Shown one piece after another: positions 20,027-29,048 of a stretch of DNA of 64,000 nt. The translations under genes were made by a program, and so were the position numbers. Within the stretch, counting starts at the first letter, position 1. Every line of letters starts with the position of its first letter. This DNA is from an uncultured delta proteobacterium. Lineage in GTDB: Bacteria; Myxococcota; Myxococcia; Myxococcales; Anaeromyxobacteraceae. The notes beneath the pieces were generated by a model. That model ran no database searches, was not told the origin of the DNA, and was given only the letters and a program-made list of their open reading frames with translations. The DNA lies in the NCBI GenBank assembly GCA_963845515.1, contig CAWJSR010000055.1, forward strand, positions 64,001-128,000, in the 5' to 3' direction.

Positions 20027-21162
20027 TCAGTGGGTCTGCTCCGCGCGCCTTCGCGCCGCTCCCTGCCTCACCCGCCCGGCGAAGGTGAGGACCATCCCGG
20101 CCAGCCCGGTACAGAGGCTCGTCAGGACGACGTTCACGCCGGGATCGTATCGAACGCTCATGCCGACCCAGTAGTGAGCCTCACTCGGCGACAGCGAAAA
20201 CTCTCCCGCGTCGAACGTCCCGCCGACGGTCACCTTGCCAGCCTGCGCGGCGCCAGCCGTCCCGTCGGCGCCGATCGGCCGAACCTGGAGTCCGACATCG
20301 CCTGTCCGATCCGTCACGGCGTTCGGCCGGTAGGTCAGCAGCAACTCCGCGCGGGGGTGCTCGGGCGGCGGCGGGAACGGAAAGGACGACGGCTCTGTCG
20401 CCGACCCCGTCGCGTAGAGATAGCCGCCGTCCGGCTGCTTCAGGCTCTGGAGCGGGCACGTAGGCTCCGTACTCTACCTTGCCGTCCCCGTCCTTGAGCA
20501 GCACCAGGAGCGAGTAGCCCTCCTTCGAGGGGAAGTAGCGCACCCCGTCGAAGTCGAGGTGGCGGGTCGACGTAGATCGTGCCTTGCGCCCGCCGCTCGC
20601 CGTCCTCCACGGGAGCTCGTACGCAGCGCGCTTGTCCTGGCCGTCGACCCTGTAGCCTCGGTGCATTGCCTTCAGTGTCGTCTCGCCCCGCAGGCGGCTG
20701 AAGTGGAAGAAGCGACCGTACTCGACGAGGTCGTAGCTCTCCGGGTTGCCATTGGGCAGCGTCTCTCCCTCCGTGAGGCGCATCGTCCCCTTGAAGTGGA
20801 AGAGGCCGTCGTAGACAACGCCCGCGAGCAGCGCGAGGAAGCTCACGTGGAACAGGATCATCCCGACGGAGAGGAGCGTCAGCTTCCGCTTCCAGATCCG
20901 GCTGAAGAAGGCGGCGCCCGAGCTGAGCGCGAGCAGCACGAGCAGGGCGTTGAACCAGAGCGTCGAGAAGATCAACTGCCCATGCCCGGGCGCCCCGGTA
21001 GACGGTTACGCCGACGACGCAGCACGCCAGGACCCCGACCAGCAAGGCGATCGCCAGCCTCGGGGAGACGAGGAAGGCGTAGGCGCGTCCGACGACCCTC
21101 TGCGCGCGATGCTCAGCAGGCTCGACCGGGGCGGGCGTTTCGGGCGTCGGCTCGCTTGCCAT
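20027..21162 (-). CDS. resB: ResB/CcsB-like cytochrome c biogenesis protein (frameshifted)
   Basis: SPRLAIALL, IFSTLWF, GMILFHVSF (TM3 His), periplasmic beta region, C-terminal VRYDPG + TM; lies between the giant cytochrome and ccsA. Confidence 0.78.
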
Positions 21163-21175
21163 GGAGCAGCGCGGG

Positions 21176-24100
21176 CTAGTAGACACCGCCGACGGTATAA
21201 CCCCCCATCGAGCCGCAATTGCTGGCCGCCTGCGTGGTCGGGTTGGAGCAGCCGGGGCTGTAGACCACCGTAGCACCGCCAACGACGGCGCTCTTCGGGC
21301 TGTGCTGACCGATCACGTAGGTATTGCGGATGAAGGCGTAAGGGCGGGTATTGACCGTAACCGGGGTGCCGGTGGCAGTGCCCAGCCACCGGGTCTTCCG
21401 GGTGCCGACGTTGCCACCTGCAGGCAGGGCGTCGAAGCCGTGGACGTCCTCTGCGCGCAGCGGCCGGACTTGCGTGGTGCCCACCGTCCCGCTCCAGAAG
21501 CCGCCGTGGCACATGCTGCACCCGTTCTTCAGCGCGTTGGTCATGCCGCTGTTGCCGCTGTTACTGAACGCCGAGCCCGCGCCGTGGTTCGAGGCGGACA
21601 ACGTGTCGTACTGGGCGTGGCACTTGATGCAGAGCGTGGCCGACTGGGTGCTCGGGTTACTGGCGCCCGACCCGAAGGCGGTGCCGCGGATCGTATCGGT
21701 GCCGCCGTGCGCGGTGATCGTCTTCGTGATGATGCCACTGTCCGTGGGAAGCGCGTGGCAGTCCCAGCAGGACATGAGGTAGCCCCAGCTCGTGTTGTTT
21801 CCTGTGGTCTTGGTCATGTTCCACGGAACCGCCATCCGGGTGTTGGCGGCGTACGAGTTGTTCTGCTTGCCCATGATCGGATGGTACGACGAGTTCGACG
21901 TTGCGAAGGAAGCCGCGACGTTGGTGACGCAGCCGTCGATCGGGTTCTGGACCTGCCACCACGCCGGGCTCGAGGCCGGGGCGTTGTTCAGGTTCCCCGA
22001 CTGCAGGCTCCGGTAGAAGATGCCGCCAACCGTGACCCAGTCGCCAGACGGGTACGTCGTGGTGGCAGCGTACGCTGCAGCCGCCGTCCAGTAGGTCGGG
22101 CTCGACGCCGGCGGCTTGTTCAGGTTGGCGGTGAGGTTCGTCGCCTCGTAGTAGGCGCCGGTCACGTTGACCCACATTCCATAACTATAGGTCACTGTCG
22201 CCGACCAGGCAGGCGGGGCGCCCAGGCACGCAGTGAGGGCGGCCGAAGCCAGGTACCCATTCCCGGCGATCGTCGTCCCGAACGGCTTCCACGGCGCGGC
22301 GTTCGGCATCAGCGACGTCGGCACCTGGGCGAGCGGGCTCAGCGCGCCGTCGGAGTCGTGGCACTTGAGGCACTGATTGGCCTGGATGGCCGCGAGCGCC
22401 GCGAAGGAGGGGTCCGCCTCGAACCTGACTGCGAGGTCGCGGCTGAAGCCGCCGAAGCCGGTCACCGTGGAGCCCGTGCTCGTGAAGGCGCCGGGCGTAC
22501 CGGCGAAGGTCACGCCCTGGATCTCCGTCCCCAGATCCGGATCGCGCAGGTTCAGGTACCCGTTGCCATGGAGCGACGAAGGCGTCGCGTCCGCCGGACT
22601 GTTCGCCTCCATGTGGCAGACGGCGCAGTCCGCGTTCGAGACCGTCCTGTTGGCAGGCGTCGCGTTCGTGGACGCCTTGTGCGACCAGGTCTGCCTGAAC
22701 TCGGTGACGACGTCGCGCCGGCTCCGAGTCCCCGCGAGCGGCCCCTTCGTGATCGTCTGCGTCGTCGCGTGGCAGCCGGTGCACTCGCCGCCGAAGCCGG
22801 TCGCGTGGGTGTGGCAGCTGATGCAGTACGGAACCGTCGTGCTGCCCGAGTTGTGAACGCTCGACACGGGGGCGGCGCCGCCCACGCCGTCGGTGTCGTC
22901 GTAGCCGAGCCGGTTCCAGTACTTGGTCCAGGCCGTGCCAGCGAGCAGCGTGTCGTTCGTCGCCGCGTGGCAGGCCTGGCAGACGCCCACGCGCTGCGTA
23001 CCGGTTCCGGCCCCCTCCACCGCCTTGCCGACCGCCGGCGGGCTGGCCGCCTCGGAGTTGTAGGTGACGGCGCGCGTCACGCCGGCCGCGCCCACATACC
23101 CGTAGGTGCCGTCCGAGACCGCCGTGACGGACTTGCCCAACATGGCGACGTTGTTGGTCGTGTTGTTTGGGCGATCGCCATGCGGATCGTGGCAGTCCCA
23201 GCAGAACTTGCCGCCCAGCGTGTCGATGGTGTGCTTCCCGCCCCCGTGGACGCTGGGCGACTTCAGGGTGGCGACCTTCTTCGCATAGGCGGTGACTGCG
23301 CCGTCGGGATCGACGCCGTTCGCGGTCGCGCTGTGGCAGTTGAGGCAGGTCGCGTTGGCGAGCTCGGTCGTCGACGTGTCGTACGGAGCCGAGACGCCGA
23401 TCGCGTTCGTGACGCCCCGCAGCCGGAACGGGTTGGTCGGCGTGTAGTGGCTGGCGTCGGAGTCGTGGCAGAACATGCACTCCGACGTGCCCGCCGTCGG
23501 CGTCGTCAGGAAGTTGGCCGCCGGGTTCCCGGTGACGTCGTACGTGAGCGACGCCTTGCCGTGGCCGGAGTAGGTCCACTCCGTCGTGTTGATCGTCGCG
23601 GCGACGCCGTTGTTCCAGAAGTTGGCGCCGAGGTCGTCCACCTCCACCCCGGTCGTGCCGTGGCAGCTCGAGCAGGTCTGGGCCGGGCCGCCCCAGACGA
23701 CCGCGGTCGCGTTGTTGCCGTGGCAGGTGATCCCGGCGCAGGTGGCGGAAGCGGGCGCCGCCGTGCCGGCCACGTACGCGAAGTTGGAGCCCCTGAGCCC
23801 CGTTGCGATCGACGCTTCGATCGACCCGTTGGTGTGGCTGGAGCCCACGATGGCCGTACCCGCCGCGTCCACGAGGCCGCTGTGGCACTTGGCGCAGTCG
23901 GTCGACGCCCCGACGTGCTTGGCGTGGCTGTTGGAGGCCGCGTTGTTGATGCCGCCGTTCGCGTAGTCTGGCGCGCCGGTCGTGTTGCCCACGCCGGTGC
24001 CGTGACAGCCGTTGCACTTGTTCAGCCAGGCCGCGGAGTTCCAGGCGGCGGACACGAAGGTCGCGGTGCGCTGGCCGGAAGAGTGGCAGTAGGTCGTGAC

Positions 24101-27100
24101 ACAGCTCGGGGACACGTACGTCTGGGTGGTCACCCGAGCTCCCCGCGGCGCGATGGAGACGTCCTTCACGCCGTTGACGTGGTTGGCGAGGCCGCCAGCC
24201 GAAATCGGCGAGTCGGTCGCGGCCGCCACGGTGTTCTGGTGGCAGGCGCCGCAGACGTAGTTCGTCCCGATCACCGACGCGTTGGCCACGTGGTTCATGT
24301 GGGCCGGGGAGCCCTGGAAGCTGGAGCCGGCCGCGACGCCGATGGTGGGCGGGGCCGTGGAGGTGAAGCCGTGGCAGGTCTGGCAGGTAGTCGCGGAGGC
24401 CGAGTTCCAGGCGATCGCCGCGCTGGCTGTCGCGCTGAAGGGCGATGCGGTGGCGACGCCGCCCGAGTGGCAGTAGGTGCTCGTACACGTGTAGCCCGGG
24501 GAGCCCGCGTAGGCGCCGCCCGACTGGTCGATCGTCGCGGCGATCGCGGTCGTCGAGAAGTCGACGTCCTTGACGGCATCGACGTGCTTTCCGACCGTGC
24601 CGATGGTGCCGGACGAGTTGTTCGCCATCGTCGGGGCATGGCACTCGTCGCACGTGTAGGAGTAGTTCCCGACGGTCCCGGCGACGTGCTTCTGGTGGCG
24701 CGTCGAGAGCCCCGTCCCACCGAAGACGGCGGTCTGGTGGCAGGTGGTGCAGCCCATCGGCGTCGTCGTGCTGGTCCACGAGATCGTCGACTGCGTCTGG
24801 ACGGTCCCGCCGAGCGGGGCGGCGTTGGAGTGGCAGTAGTTGGTGCAGGTCCCCGCCGTGTAGGACGGCGTCACGCCCGCGATGGCCGTCCAGCTCCAGG
24901 CGAGCGCCCCGTCCGCGTGAGTGATGGTGCCGTCCACGGGGATGGCGTGACACTGGGCGCACTTGCCCGACATGAATAGGCCCGCGTTCACGTGCTTGAT
25001 GTGCGCGCCGACGCCGACGAAGGTCCGCGCCGTGTTCCCCTTGCCGTCGACGGCGGTCGCGTCGAAGCCGGGGGCCGCGGCCGGGTCGGTGTTGAGCGCG
25101 ACGGGCGTGGTGCCCGCGGGCTGGATGACGCCGTGGCACGCGCGGCAGCCGGTCCCGTGCTGGACCGTGCCGTCGATGTGCGTGCCGATAGCAGGCGAGG
25201 TGAGCCCCGTCGTCGCGTAGCCGGCGCCGTGGCAGTTGGCGCAGGCGGCGTTCTGCGGGTGGTGGGCGTTCGTCAGGTTCGGCATCGCCACCGGGCCGGT
25301 CGCCTGGCCGTGGCAGCTCGAGCAGGTGGTCGCCTGGGCCGTGGCCCAGTTCCAGGCGAGGCCGCGGCCGCCTCCCGCGAGGCCATCGCCGTGGCACCAG
25401 TTGGTGCAGTTCGCGCTGGCGTGGGTGGGGGCCGTGCCCGTCCAGGTGCTCGCCAGGTTGCCTGCGAGCGGGACCATGCTCGCGTCCAGCATCGTGCCCT
25501 TGGCGATCGCGCTGTACCCGATCTGGACCGTCGGGGTCGTCTGGTGCGAGGCGCCCGTGTGGCAGTCGTTGCAGAGCAGCGGCGCGCTCCGGTAGGTCGC
25601 GAGGGTCACGTGCTTCAGGTGCTCGCCGCCGTTCGTGACGAAGACATTTGGCACCGGGTTGGGGGCGGCGCTGACGATGGGAGGCGCGGCCTGGAACTTG
25701 GAGTCGGCGCCGGCGGCGGCCGTGCGGGTCTCGGTGGCGTCACCGTGGCAGGCCGTGCAGCTCGCCCCGAGCCCCTTCGTGTGCTTGTGACAGGCGCCGC
25801 AGTTCCCGGTGCCGTGGGTCTCGGCGGCCGGGATGCCGTCCGCCTGGTACACGGCCGTCCGCGTGTGGCAGACCTCGCAGACGCCGGTGTTGCCGGCGCC
25901 GGTGCCGGGCTGGGCAAACGAGTTGGCCACGAAGCCGTTCTTGTTCAAGAAGGTGACGGTCTGCGGAGTGGTCGGACCGGTCAGCTCGGGCGGCTTGATC
26001 TGGGTCTTGACGAGGGCAAGGTTGGTCGTCGTGTGGGGCGTGTGGCAGTCGCGACAGGTGGCCGCCCACGAGCCGTACTTGCTCCCGGTGCTCTCGGACG
26101 AGTGGGTCATCACGCCGGCGTGGCAGTCGGAGCAGAGCTGGCTAGAGTTGTCGCGCACGAGCAGGTTGCCATCGCCCCTCGCCGTGGAGATCTTGACGGT
26201 GAGCGTCCCAGAGTAGACCGGGCCGCCGCCGATGGAGTTGGAGGCGTACGCCCGCAGGGTGACGGTGCTGCCGGCGGCATAGGCGCCGGCGGGGATGGTG
26301 TGCATCCAGACGCCGGACGTGCCCGCCGCCGGGCCGTAGTTGGCGCTCTTCGCCGTCGCGTTGAGCAGGATCCCCGCTCCGCCGTTGATGGTCAGGTAGA
26401 CCGTCTCCGCCGGGCTGAAGACCCCGCCGCCGGTGGGGCTGAACGCCCGGATCTGGACCTTCGCCGGCAGCGTGAGGACCGCGCCGTTCATGGGGTTGAT
26501 GATCGAGACGACCGGCCGGACGCTGTCGGGCGTGGGGTCGCCGTCGCCGATGAATGAGGACGGCACGTAGGGGCCGGCCGAGGCGGAGGCGATCGAGTTG
26601 TTGAGGCTCGCGTCGCGGGCGAAGGCGACGAAGTAGTAGCTCGAACCGGACGTCAGACCGCCGGCGGTGCATGCCTTGGCGCCCGGCGGGGCGAGGCACG
26701 CCACGAAGGACGTTCCGATGGTCTGCGAAGGTCCCGCCGCGTTGTAGTCGGTCCCCTCCACGGGCTTGTCCGTCGGCGCCGAACCGATCTTGCCGAGCAC
26801 CACCACCTCACCGCCCGTCGTGAAGTCGGCGTCCGACGGCTCCGCCGTCCATGCAAGTGAAACCTGGCTGTTGCCGGCCGTGCCCGAGAGCCCCGTCGGC
26901 GCACCGGTCGAGAGGTTGTCGATGGTCCTGGCCGCGCTGACGGTGTCGGTGCCGCTCAGCGTGTAGCCCGTCGCGGCGACCGCCGTGATCCGGCCGGTGA
27001 CCGCCACCTGCGTGCCGGGCGGCACCGCCATGGCGGCGTGCGTCTTCGGCGTCACGCAGACCCACAGGTTCGACGCGGTCGTGCTGAGCGTGAGCCCGGT

Positions 27101-28921
27101 GAAGGTCGTGAAGCTCGGAGCGTCCGAGGCGGGGTTGGTGATCGTGGAGTACGGGGTCGTCTGGGTGCAGGCGCTCGTGTTCTCGAGCGTGAGCGTCCCG
27201 ATCAGCGCCGCGGAGCCCGCCGGCATCGTCACGGTGATGCTGCTCGGCGTGACCGTACCGGTGTTAGTCACGAGCGTGAACGCGTCCAACGCGACCTCGG
27301 CGCCGCCCGGGGCGAGCGTCGTCACCGCCTCTCCGGTGGAGGCGTTGGCGAGGGTGATCTGTCCCGAGATCGCAGGGGTGATCGGCCCGACCGTGGCCGA
27401 CGGCACCGAGCTGTTGAGCCGCGAGTCCCTCGCGAACGCCTCGAAGTAGTACGCGGTCCCGTTGGTCAGGCCGGTGGCGGTGCAGGTCCTGGCTCCAGGC
27501 GCGGCGAGACACGCGACGAACGAGGTGCCGATCGTCTGCCCTACCGTGTTGTAGTCGGTCCCCTCGGCCGGAACGTCCACCGGTGCCGCGGTCGCCCTGC
27601 CAAGCACGACCACTTCGCCGCCCGCGGTGAAGTCCGCGTCGGCCGGCTCACCGGTCCAGCTCACGACCACCTGCCCACTGCCTGCCGTGCCGGAGAGCCC
27701 CGTGGGCGCCCCTGGCGACAGGTTGTCGATCGTCCTGGCGGCGCTGACGGTGTCGGTGCCGCTCATCGTGTAGCCCGTCGCGGCGACCGCCGTGATCTGG
27801 CCGGTGACCGCCACCTGCGTGCCGGGCGGCACCGCCATGGCGGGGTGCGTCTTCGGCGTCACGCAGACCCACAGGTTGGACGCGGTCGTGCCGAGCGTGA
27901 GGCCGGTGAACGTCGTGAAGCTCGGAGCGTCCGAGGCCGGGTTGGTGATCGTGGAGTACGGGGTCGCCTGGGTGCAGGCGCTCGTGTTCTCGAGCGTGAG
28001 CGTCCCGATCAGCGCCGCGGAGCCCGCCGGCATCGTCACGGTGATGCTGCTCGGCGTGACCGTGCCCGCGCTGGTCGCCAGCGTGAAGGCATCGAGAGCC
28101 ACCTCGGCTCCGCCCGGGGGGAGCGTCGTCGCCGCCTCGCCCGTCGTCGCGTTGGCGAGGTTGAGGGTGTTGGAGGGGGCCAGGGTCTCGGTGACGGTGA
28201 TCGTGCTCTGGGTGGTGGTGCTGTTGTTGATGTAGATGCGAGCTTGATCCCCCAGAGCATTCGGCCGAACCCAGGCCTCCAGCACCAACCGATGACCTGC
28301 GGCGACGGCGCCACCGGTCCCAGTCCACGACCCGATCGCGGTTCGCGTCTGGGTCGTAGGTAGGGCCACGGCGGCAGACGTGAACAGCACGACCCCGTTG
28401 CCCGCAGCACCGGCCGGATCGAAGTCGACGAGCTTGAACTGGATCTGGTCGGTGGTCGCCGTTCCCCGAACGTAGATGTTGGCCGATGGAGCGGTGATCG
28501 TCTGCGCCGAAGCGTAATTCGACGGCAGATAGATCCTGGCGAACTGCGTCCAGGTCAGAGCCGGGTCGGTGCTCAGGCTCCGGAAGTTCGCAGCGTTGGC
28601 GGCCTGGGCTGCCGTCTGGAGAAGGGTTCGGTGGTTGTTCGCGCCGCCGGTCAGCGCGGTGGCGGGAACGTTCGTGGATCCTTCGTTGGTGCTGATGAGG
28701 GTGCCCGTGTCCTGCCAGAGGTTGTAGGTCACGGTCGCCGCCCCCGCCCTCGCCGCGCCCAGCGCGAGCACCGCGACCCCCACCGCTCCCAGCCACCGCG
28801 CAGCTCGGCCCCCGGCGCCCGCCTCCGACGATCGGCGCCCGGCGTGCCGGCCGCGAGTCCGCGCCAGGTCGTCCCCTGAACGGGGAGAGGAGTCACCGAC
28901 CGTGGTGTGGAATACGCCCAT
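21176..28921 (-). CDS. Giant extracellular multiheme cytochrome c (~2580 aa): duplicated Ig/FN3 modules, 28 CxxCH + 2 CX3CH + 3 CX4CH, CBM5/12-like insert
   Basis: Intact ORF; GGAGG RBS before ATG 28921; signal-like hydrophobic stretch ending ARAGA; motifs counted by eye. Confidence 0.95.
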   Translation of the reverse strand: MGVFHTTVGDSSPRSGDDLARTRGRHAGRRSSEAGAGGRAARWLGAVGVAVLALGAARAGAATVTYNLWQDTGTLISTNEGSTNVPATALTGGANNHRTLLQTAAQAANAANFRSLSTDPALTWTQFARIYLPSNYASAQTITAPSANIYVRGTATTDQIQFKLVDFDPAGAAGNGVVLFTSAAVALPTTQTRTAIGSWTGTGGAVAAGHRLVLEAWVRPNALGDQARIYINNSTTTQSTITVTETLAPSNTLNLANATTGEAATTLPPGGAEVALDAFTLATSAGTVTPSSITVTMPAGSAALIGTLTLENTSACTQATPYSTITNPASDAPSFTTFTGLTLGTTASNLWVCVTPKTHPAMAVPPGTQVAVTGQITAVAATGYTMSGTDTVSAARTIDNLSPGAPTGLSGTAGSGQVVVSWTGEPADADFTAGGEVVVLGRATAAPVDVPAEGTDYNTVGQTIGTSFVACLAAPGARTCTATGLTNGTAYYFEAFARDSRLNSSVPSATVGPITPAISGQITLANASTGEAVTTLAPGGAEVALDAFTLVTNTGTVTPSSITVTMPAGSAALIGTLTLENTSACTQTTPYSTITNPASDAPSFTTFTGLTLSTTASNLWVCVTPKTHAAMAVPPGTQVAVTGRITAVAATGYTLSGTDTVSAARTIDNLSTGAPTGLSGTAGNSQVSLAWTAEPSDADFTTGGEVVVLGKIGSAPTDKPVEGTDYNAAGPSQTIGTSFVACLAPPGAKACTAGGLTSGSSYYFVAFARDASLNNSIASASAGPYVPSSFIGDGDPTPDSVRPVVSIINPMNGAVLTLPAKVQIRAFSPTGGGVFSPAETVYLTINGGAGILLNATAKSANYGPAAGTSGVWMHTIPAGAYAAGSTVTLRAYASNSIGGGPVYSGTLTVKISTARGDGNLLVRDNSSQLCSDCHAGVMTHSSESTGSKYGSWAATCRDCHTPHTTTNLALVKTQIKPPELTGPTTPQTVTFLNKNGFVANSFAQPGTGAGNTGVCEVCHTRTAVYQADGIPAAETHGTGNCGACHKHTKGLGASCTACHGDATETRTAAAGADSKFQAAPPIVSAAPNPVPNVFVTNGGEHLKHVTLATYRSAPLLCNDCHTGASHQTTPTVQIGYSAIAKGTMLDASMVPLAGNLASTWTGTAPTHASANCTNWCHGDGLAGGGRGLAWNWATAQATTCSSCHGQATGPVAMPNLTNAHHPQNAACANCHGAGYATTGLTSPAIGTHIDGTVQHGTGCRACHGVIQPAGTTPVALNTDPAAAPGFDATAVDGKGNTARTFVGVGAHIKHVNAGLFMSGKCAQCHAIPVDGTITHADGALAWSWTAIAGVTPSYTAGTCTNYCHSNAAPLGGTVQTQSTISWTSTTTPMGCTTCHQTAVFGGTGLSTRHQKHVAGTVGNYSYTCDECHAPTMANNSSGTIGTVGKHVDAVKDVDFSTTAIAATIDQSGGAYAGSPGYTCTSTYCHSGGVATASPFSATASAAIAWNSASATTCQTCHGFTSTAPPTIGVAAGSSFQGSPAHMNHVANASVIGTNYVCGACHQNTVAAATDSPISAGGLANHVNGVKDVSIAPRGARVTTQTYVSPSCVTTYCHSSGQRTATFVSAAWNSAAWLNKCNGCHGTGVGNTTGAPDYANGGINNAASNSHAKHVGASTDCAKCHSGLVDAAGTAIVGSSHTNGSIEASIATGLRGSNFAYVAGTAAPASATCAGITCHGNNATAVVWGGPAQTCSSCHGTTGVEVDDLGANFWNNGVAATINTTEWTYSGHGKASLTYDVTGNPAANFLTTPTAGTSECMFCHDSDASHYTPTNPFRLRGVTNAIGVSAPYDTSTTELANATCLNCHSATANGVDPDGAVTAYAKKVATLKSPSVHGGGKHTIDTLGGKFCWDCHDPHGDRPNNTTNNVAMLGKSVTAVSDGTYGYVGAAGVTRAVTYNSEAASPPAVGKAVEGAGTGTQRVGVCQACHAATNDTLLAGTAWTKYWNRLGYDDTDGVGGAAPVSSVHNSGSTTVPYCISCHTHATGFGGECTGCHATTQTITKGPLAGTRSRRDVVTEFRQTWSHKASTNATPANRTVSNADCAVCHMEANSPADATPSSLHGNGYLNLRDPDLGTEIQGVTFAGTPGAFTSTGSTVTGFGGFSRDLAVRFEADPSFAALAAIQANQCLKCHDSDGALSPLAQVPTSLMPNAAPWKPFGTTIAGNGYLASAALTACLGAPPAWSATVTYSYGMWVNVTGAYYEATNLTANLNKPPASSPTYWTAAAAYAATTTYPSGDWVTVGGIFYRSLQSGNLNNAPASSPAWWQVQNPIDGCVTNVAASFATSNSSYHPIMGKQNNSYAANTRMAVPWNMTKTTGNNTSWGYLMSCWDCHALPTDSGIITKTITAHGGTDTIRGTAFGSGASNPSTQSATLCIKCHAQYDTLSASNHGAGSAFSNSGNSGMTNALKNGCSMCHGGFWSGTVGTTQVRPLRAEDVHGFDALPAGGNVGTRKTRWLGTATGTPVTVNTRPYAFIRNTYVIGQHSPKSAVVGGATVVYSPGCSNPTTQAASNCGSMGGYTVGGVY
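26550..28160 (-). repeat. Intragenic tandem duplication, period 807 nt (269 aa; Ig-like + FN3-like)
   Basis: GTTGGCGAGG at 28151 and 27344; long identical stretches such as TVTPSSITVTMPAGSAALIGTLTLENTSACTQ in both copies. Confidence 0.92.
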
Positions 28922-28935
28922 CGCAGCCTCCGACA

Positions 28936-29010
28936 AGACCTGAGAGTGAAAATCGCCGAAGAAATGACCGTGGCCGCCCTCGGGCGGCCACGGGATTCGT
29001 CGGCAGGTCT
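28936..29010. other. Strong intergenic stem-loop between the pentaheme and giant cytochrome genes
   Basis: CCGTGGCCGCCC-TC-GGGCGGCCACGG perfect inverted repeat (28968-28993), extendable by GCCGA/TCGGC and AGACCTG/CAGGTCT. Confidence 0.7.
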
Positions 29011-29048
29011 GGTGGAGGTGCGCTTGCGGGCGCGCTACGCCGATCGGG

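Noticed and set aside
21161..24979. Long plus-strand ORFs (e.g. 21161-24979, 3331-6015, 30155-32941, 6264-8609) and Arg/Pro-rich alternate-frame ORFs
   Set aside because: Antisense or off-frame shadows of real genes, expected at this GC content; no motifs, biased composition.
26550..28160. CRISPR array or mobile-element repeat
   Set aside because: The repeat is in-frame coding duplication of 807 nt; no short repeat-spacer pattern, cas or transposase genes anywhere in the window.
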